Source: Longimicrobiales bacterium (GTDB lineage: Bacteria; Gemmatimonadota; Gemmatimonadetes; Longimicrobiales; Gaopeijiaceae). From it: a DNA stretch of 64,000 nucleotides. The DNA lies in contig OZ241869.1 of NCBI GenBank assembly GCA_965202805.1, positions 1,056,001-1,120,000 on the forward strand, written 5' to 3'. The notes beneath the pieces were generated by a model, which saw only the letters and a list, made by a program, of their open reading frames with translations, did not search any database and was not told where the DNA came from. This document shows positions 59,386-64,000 of this stretch, one piece after another. A program made the translations under genes and the position numbers. Positions within the stretch are counted from its first letter, which is position 1. Each line of letters opens with the position of its first letter.

Positions 59386-59843
59386 TCAGCGAAAGCGACT
59401 CATCGGGTCACACATGCCTGCGGGTCGATGGCCTTCCTGCCAAGGACAAATGGAAGAGACAAGCGACCCCTAGAGGGCTCGGGGCCGGGTGTGAAAACGC
59501 GCACGGCCCCGTCCGCGATTAGAGGTTGCGGCTGTTGGTAGGGGCTTGCGCGGCCTGCGGCGGGGCATAGCCTTCCCGATACGGGCGTGCCGCCCCGTAC
59601 AGATTCGGACAACGAGACGATCTGCTGGTCCGTTGCAGCTTCCCGCCATTCTGATGCCATTTCCCCGCTGGTTTGGTTTAGTGAAATCAGATTAGGTCCT
59701 ACGACAAGAAGGGCAGATCGTGCAGTCCCAGTTGAACTTACATGACTTCTTGCCGTGATTCGCGTCCCCCTGACCCTGACGTTACGTCAGGGTTCTGGAG
59801 GATGCGAGGGGTGGCGACCCGCAGAAGCCGGTACGAACCTCAT

Positions 59844-61172
59844 TCATCGAACCCCCACCAGCCCCTCCACGGCGCTCGCTTCCGTGGGCAGCGCCATGGT
59901 GAGATTCTCGACCCCCGAGGCGGTCACCAGCACGTCGTCCTCGATGCGGATGCCGATTCCTGCGAAGCGGGCCGCGGATCCCTCGGCGTCCTCGGGGAAG
60001 TAGAGGCCCGGCTCGACCGTGAACACCATCCCCTCCTCGAGTGGCCGGGACCGGCCATCGACGGCGTAGTCGCCGACGTCGTGGGTGTCGAGCCCGAGCC
60101 AATGGGAGGTCTGGTGCGGGAAGAACCGGCGGAGCGCCGCGCTTTCCTCCGCCACGCCTCCGGGCCTGCCCAGGACGCCGAGAGAGACCAGGCCGTCGGC
60201 CAGCACGTCGCACGCGGCTCCGTGCACCGAGCCTACCGACACCCCCGGCGCCGCAGCGGCGACCGCGGCCGCGCGGGCTTCGTCCACAATCTCGTAGACG
60301 GCGCGCTGCTCCGGGCTGAAGCGCCCGCCGACCGGATAGCTGCGGGTCACGTCGGCGCAGTAGTGGCCGAGCTCGGCGGCCGCGTCCACCAGCACCGGTT
60401 CGCCCGCCCGCGCCCGGCGCCGGCTCTCCGCGTAGTGGAGCACGCAGGCGTTGGCACCGGACGCGACGATGGACGGATAGGCGGGCGTCGCGCCCCCGTG
60501 CCGGCGGAACACCGCCTCGATGGCGGCCTGGAGCTCCCACTCCCCCGCCCCGGGCCGAAGCTCCCGGACGAGCGCTCGGTGCCCGGCGATCGTGAGCGCG
60601 GCCGCGTTCCGCAGCGACTCCACCTCCCCGGCGTCCTTGCGCAGGCGCATCTCGTCCAGAATCCCGCCCGGATCGATGACTCCGCGCGGCCCCGCTCCCT
60701 TTCGCGCGCCGCGGGCTCGGGCATGCGCGAGTGCGCCCCGCACCAGCCGGTCCACCCAGGGATCCGACCCCAGCCTGAAGAAGACGTGGCTCGCTCCCCG
60801 GAGCAGGGTCCCCAGCTCCCGCCCGAGTTCCTCCAGAGGATGACAGGCGTCCGCACCCAGCCGCTCACAGGCGGCTTCGGGGCCGAGCCGCCTCCCGCCC
60901 CACAGTTCCGCCGTCTCATCGCGCGGCCGAACGAAGAGCACGCAGCGGCTCGATTCGGCGAATCCGCGCAGGACCAGGACGCTTCCCGGCTCCGTGAAGC
61001 CGGTCAGATAGAAGAACTCGGAGTCCGGACGATAGGGGGACGGGTCGGCGCCTCTCCGGCACGCGTCCGCCGCCGCCGGCAACACCATGGCGGCGTCTCC
61101 CAGCTCGTCGAGCACCAGCGCCCGGCGCTCGCGGAAGATGTCGGCCGCCGGTTCGAAGGCCTCGGCCGGCAT
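59844..61172 (-). CDS. pepP: Xaa-Pro aminopeptidase (M24B)
   Basis: DSEFFYLTG, MRLRKD, YPSIVASG, LHY, VDA, ADVTR, HQTSHWLGLDTHDVG, TVEPGLY, GIRIEDD. Confidence 0.92.
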   Translation of the reverse strand: MPAEAFEPAADIFRERRALVLDELGDAAMVLPAAADACRRGADPSPYRPDSEFFYLTGFTEPGSVLVLRGFAESSRCVLFVRPRDETAELWGGRRLGPEAACERLGADACHPLEELGRELGTLLRGASHVFFRLGSDPWVDRLVRGALAHARARGARKGAGPRGVIDPGGILDEMRLRKDAGEVESLRNAAALTIAGHRALVRELRPGAGEWELQAAIEAVFRRHGGATPAYPSIVASGANACVLHYAESRRRARAGEPVLVDAAAELGHYCADVTRSYPVGGRFSPEQRAVYEIVDEARAAAVAAAAPGVSVGSVHGAACDVLADGLVSLGVLGRPGGVAEESAALRRFFPHQTSHWLGLDTHDVGDYAVDGRSRPLEEGMVFTVEPGLYFPEDAEGSAARFAGIGIRIEDDVLVTASGVENLTMALPTEASAVEGLVGVR

Positions 61173-62308
61173 CACGCGCGCGCCAGGGCGGCGACCGTCT
61201 CCAGCCCCGCTTCCACCAGCGTCCACTGCAGCCTCATCTGGTCTTCCACGGGCATGGGCCGGATGCCGAGCCGGGCACCCTCGCGGGTTACCTCCGCCGG
61301 TGAGCTGCGCCCACACGCCAGTTCCGCCTTCCAGCCGTCGATGCGGGCCTTCCACCGCACCGCCACCGGATCCGGAGGGCCCAGCGTCTCCCCGACCCCA
61401 GGCGTGATGAACAGCGGCATCTCCGTCACCAGCGTGAGCGTGTCGCCCCCCAGCGAACGCACCGCCTCCATCGAGCTGGGACGGAAGCGCCCCGCCGTGG
61501 CCTCGTCCCCGAGCCCCAGAAAGTGCGCGCGCATGGCGTTGTGGTTCGGACGCGTGCAGAAGCCGGGCGCGATGCGCGCGAATCCCTTCTCCCCTTCCCG
61601 CTCCACGTCGTGCAGCCGGTATCCCATGTCGCGCACCACATCCGCGCAGCGGGCGCGCAGGGGCCTGGTGCGATCGACCCAGTGCGGATCGATGAGGAAC
61701 CAGGGTCCCGCCGAGAACCCCATCCCGTGCAGCGAGACGTGCAGGTCGAAGGAGCCGCTGGCGCTGGCCCACCACTTGTACGCCGCCCGGTTCTCGGGCC
61801 TGGCTGCCACGTCATCCGCGTCAGCGGGAAACCCGAACTCGATGTCGTCCCCGGGGAGTTCGCGCACGACGTGCGCCAGGTATTCGCCCAGTTCGAAGTC
61901 GAGCCCGCCTGCCTGCCAGGCGCGATTGCGCGCCTCCCCGTCGGGATTCACGTGCGGCACGATCCACCACTCGAATCGCTCGAGCATCGGATGGTCGGGG
62001 GCCAACCCGCCCAGCCATCCGCACAGCCTGGCGAGGAGCGCCGGTCCCACGGGCTCGTCGGCGTGACATCCCCCGAGCAGGCTCACGCGCAGGTGCCCGG
62101 AGCCGAACCGGAAGGCGTGGATGGGGCGTCCATCTCTGGAAGTGCCCATGCGCAGACCGTCCTCGGGACTCGCGGGACCTGCCCCGACGATCAGGGCCGG
62201 ATCCGCGCGCTCGCCGCCGGCCCCGTGCATGGCTCCGGCGTCGCGCATGGCTCCGTGTTCGCGCGTACCGCTGCCGGGCTCGCGTACGCCCCTCGAGGAT
62301 AGGCGCAT
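61172..62308 (-). CDS. M14 family zinc carboxypeptidase-like protein; start uncertain
   Basis: GTSRDGRPI, GCHADEPVG (HxxE), PHVNPDG, SLHG. Confidence 0.75.
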   Translation of the reverse strand: MRLSSRGVREPGSGTREHGAMRDAGAMHGAGGERADPALIVGAGPASPEDGLRMGTSRDGRPIHAFRFGSGHLRVSLLGGCHADEPVGPALLARLCGWLGGLAPDHPMLERFEWWIVPHVNPDGEARNRAWQAGGLDFELGEYLAHVVRELPGDDIEFGFPADADDVAARPENRAAYKWWASASGSFDLHVSLHGMGFSAGPWFLIDPHWVDRTRPLRARCADVVRDMGYRLHDVEREGEKGFARIAPGFCTRPNHNAMRAHFLGLGDEATAGRFRPSSMEAVRSLGGDTLTLVTEMPLFITPGVGETLGPPDPVAVRWKARIDGWKAELACGRSSPAEVTREGARLGIRPMPVEDQMRLQWTLVEAGLETVAALARA

Positions 62309-62320
62309 GTCCCTCCGAGG

Positions 62321-64000
62321 CTACCTTCGCTGGCTGGTCACGGTCTCCTCTTCGTCGATCAGCCAGTGCACCATCCAGCTGCGGATGCGCTCCAGCCGGT
62401 CCACCAGCAGCCAGGGCTCGCCCGTGCGCGAGAGACCGTGGCTGGAGCGGGGATAGCGCACCAGTTCGACGGGCACGCGCAGCTTCTTGAGCGACATGAA
62501 CCACTGCTCGGCGTCGGGCATCGGCGTGCGCCAGTCCTGCTCGGAGTGGATGAGCAGGGTGGGCGCGGTCACGTTCTCGACATAGGAGATGGGCGACAGG
62601 CGCCGGTACAGGTCCCGCTCCTCCCACGGGGTCCCGCCGAACTCGTATTCGGTGAGCCCCTGGGCGTCCGAGGTGCCCCACCAGCTCTCCCAGTTGGTGA
62701 TCGAGCGGCTGGAGGCGGACGCGGCGAAGCGGTCGGTGGTGGCGGTCAGCCAGTTCGACATGAAGCCGCCGTAACTCCCTCCGGAGACGCCGAGCCGCTC
62801 GGGATCGATGGCGGAATAGGCGGCGAGGGTGGCGTCCACGCCGGCGAGGTAGTCCTCGCGGTCGACGATGCCCCACTGCTCGAGGGTGGCGTACTGGAAG
62901 GCGTGCCCGTAGCCCGAGGAGCCGCGCGGGTTGGTGTAGAGGACGTAGAAGCCCGCGGCGGAGAGCACGTGGAAGGTCGGGAAGAAGGTGTTGCCGTAGG
63001 CGCTGTGCGGCCCGCCGTGGATCTTGAGCACCATCGGGTAGCTGCCGCCGGGGGCTTCGTCCACCGGCCGCACCACCCAGCCCTCGACCTCGATGCTGTC
63101 GTCCATCATCCAGGCGATGCGCTCGGCGGGCATGAGGGTGACGTCGGAGAGCCAGTCGTCGTTGAAGCCGGTCGCCTTCTGTTCCGTGGAGCCGTCGCCG
63201 GCAGCCACGTACAGTTCGGTCGGGGTAACCGGGTCGGTGGCGGTGAACGCCATCACCCCGTCGTCGGAGGTAAAGGAGAAGCCCGACAGCCGCCGGTCGC
63301 CCGCGGTGACCTGCGCGAGTTGGCCCCCGGCGGCCGGAACGGCGAACAGGTGGGAATTGCCGCCGGTCCCCGCGGAGAAGCGGATCCTGGCGCCGTCCTC
63401 CGACCAGGAGGGCGTGCCCGGCTGCAGGTCCCAGTCCGCGGTGAGGTTCACGGGCACGCCGCGCAGGCTGCCGTCCGGCCCCACGTCCTGCACCAGGATA
63501 TCGGTCTGCTCGCCGCGCGCCGGGCTCGACAGATAGGCGATGGAGCCGCCGTCCGGCGAGAGCGCGGGCGCCGACTCGCTGCCCGGGTTGGTGGTGAGCC
63601 GGCGAACCGACCCGCCCGTCACCGCCACCGACCAGATGTCGCCCGTGTTGTCGCGGTTGTACTCGTCGTCCTGGCGCTCGTTGCCCGTGAAGAAGATGCG
63701 CCGGCCGTCCGGCGACCAGGCGACCCCGCCCACATCGAACTGCAGGTCGGTGAGCTGCCGCGCGGTGCCGCCCTCGGCGGGGACCACGAACAGCTGGGTC
63801 CTGTCGCGCAGCGAGTAGTGCGGAAGCAGGGGATGCACGCCGTCGCGCTTGTAGCGCATGGCGGTGATCACGTGGCCGTCGAAGCGCCCCGCGTCCAGCG
63901 TGCTGGTGACCGCGTCGGGCGCGATCTGCCGGTTGTCGGCCCCGTCATCCTCTTCGTCCTCCTCCGGGGCCCGGGTGAAGGCGATGCTGCGCCCGTCCGG
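62321..64000 (-). CDS. S9C family peptidase; 5' end lies outside the window
   Basis: IHGGPH, NPRGSSGYG, GGSYGG, DWRT, SSHGLSR. Confidence 0.9.
   Translation of the reverse strand, partial: PDGRSIAFTRAPEEDEEDDGADNRQIAPDAVTSTLDAGRFDGHVITAMRYKRDGVHPLLPHYSLRDRTQLFVVPAEGGTARQLTDLQFDVGGVAWSPDGRRIFFTGNERQDDEYNRDNTGDIWSVAVTGGSVRRLTTNPGSESAPALSPDGGSIAYLSSPARGEQTDILVQDVGPDGSLRGVPVNLTADWDLQPGTPSWSEDGARIRFSAGTGGNSHLFAVPAAGGQLAQVTAGDRRLSGFSFTSDDGVMAFTATDPVTPTELYVAAGDGSTEQKATGFNDDWLSDVTLMPAERIAWMMDDSIEVEGWVVRPVDEAPGGSYPMVLKIHGGPHSAYGNTFFPTFHVLSAAGFYVLYTNPRGSSGYGHAFQYATLEQWGIVDREDYLAGVDATLAAYSAIDPERLGVSGGSYGGFMSNWLTATTDRFAASASSRSITNWESWWGTSDAQGLTEYEFGGTPWEERDLYRRLSPISYVENVTAPTLLIHSEQDWRTPMPDAEQWFMSLKKLRVPVELVRYPRSSHGLSRTGEPWLLVDRLERIRSWMVHWLIDEEETVTSQRR

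Larger units (their letters stand above)
53117..59786. mobile_element. Integrative element / genomic island of about 6.7 kb bounded by att-like direct repeats
   Basis: accctgccgttacg (53117-53130) and accctgacgttacg (59773-59786). The integrase lies next to the left end. The interior has low coding density and IS/integrase remnants. The flanking genes are co-oriented. Confidence 0.75.

Noticed and set aside
53227..59786. Integron (integrase plus cassettes)
   Set aside because: I saw no repeated attC-like sites flanking the cargo genes and no obvious IntI-specific features. The paired att cores fit an integrative element better.

Overview
High-GC bacterial chromosomal DNA. Gene content (many secreted S9/M28 peptidases, plant-type LRR and Ig-like lipoproteins, GPP34, Rpn nuclease, beta-propeller lipoproteins) suggests a Gemmatimonadota-like, possibly sponge-associated organism; this is an inference. 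The backbone carries histidine and amino-acid catabolism (hutI, hutF, aconitase X subunits, a D-amino acid dehydrogenase), a dapF-like gene, pdxH, a PQQ sugar dehydrogenase, tandem DASS permeases, peptide-scavenging enzymes, GH109 and a methionine/folate block (metH, yitJ-like, metF-like). Accessory features are an Rpn nuclease with a probable intragenic antitoxin start, an Xre-RES toxin-antitoxin pair, an RHH antitoxin with a deleted vapC, an NYN nuclease remnant behind a promoter and two-hairpin leader, a deleted photolyase, and a ~6.7 kb tyrosine-integrase island (53117-59786) bounded by a palindromic att core. The most unusual patterns are: (i) duplications of stop/start junctions that create chimeric in-frame bridge mini-ORFs between coupled genes; (ii) the NYN leader-RNA module enclosed by a 71-bp direct repeat; (iii) a C-terminal domain of the LRR-metalloprotease that also occurs as a stand-alone secreted protein. 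I saw no rRNA, tRNA or CRISPR array. All family assignments come from motif recognition by eye, without database searches.
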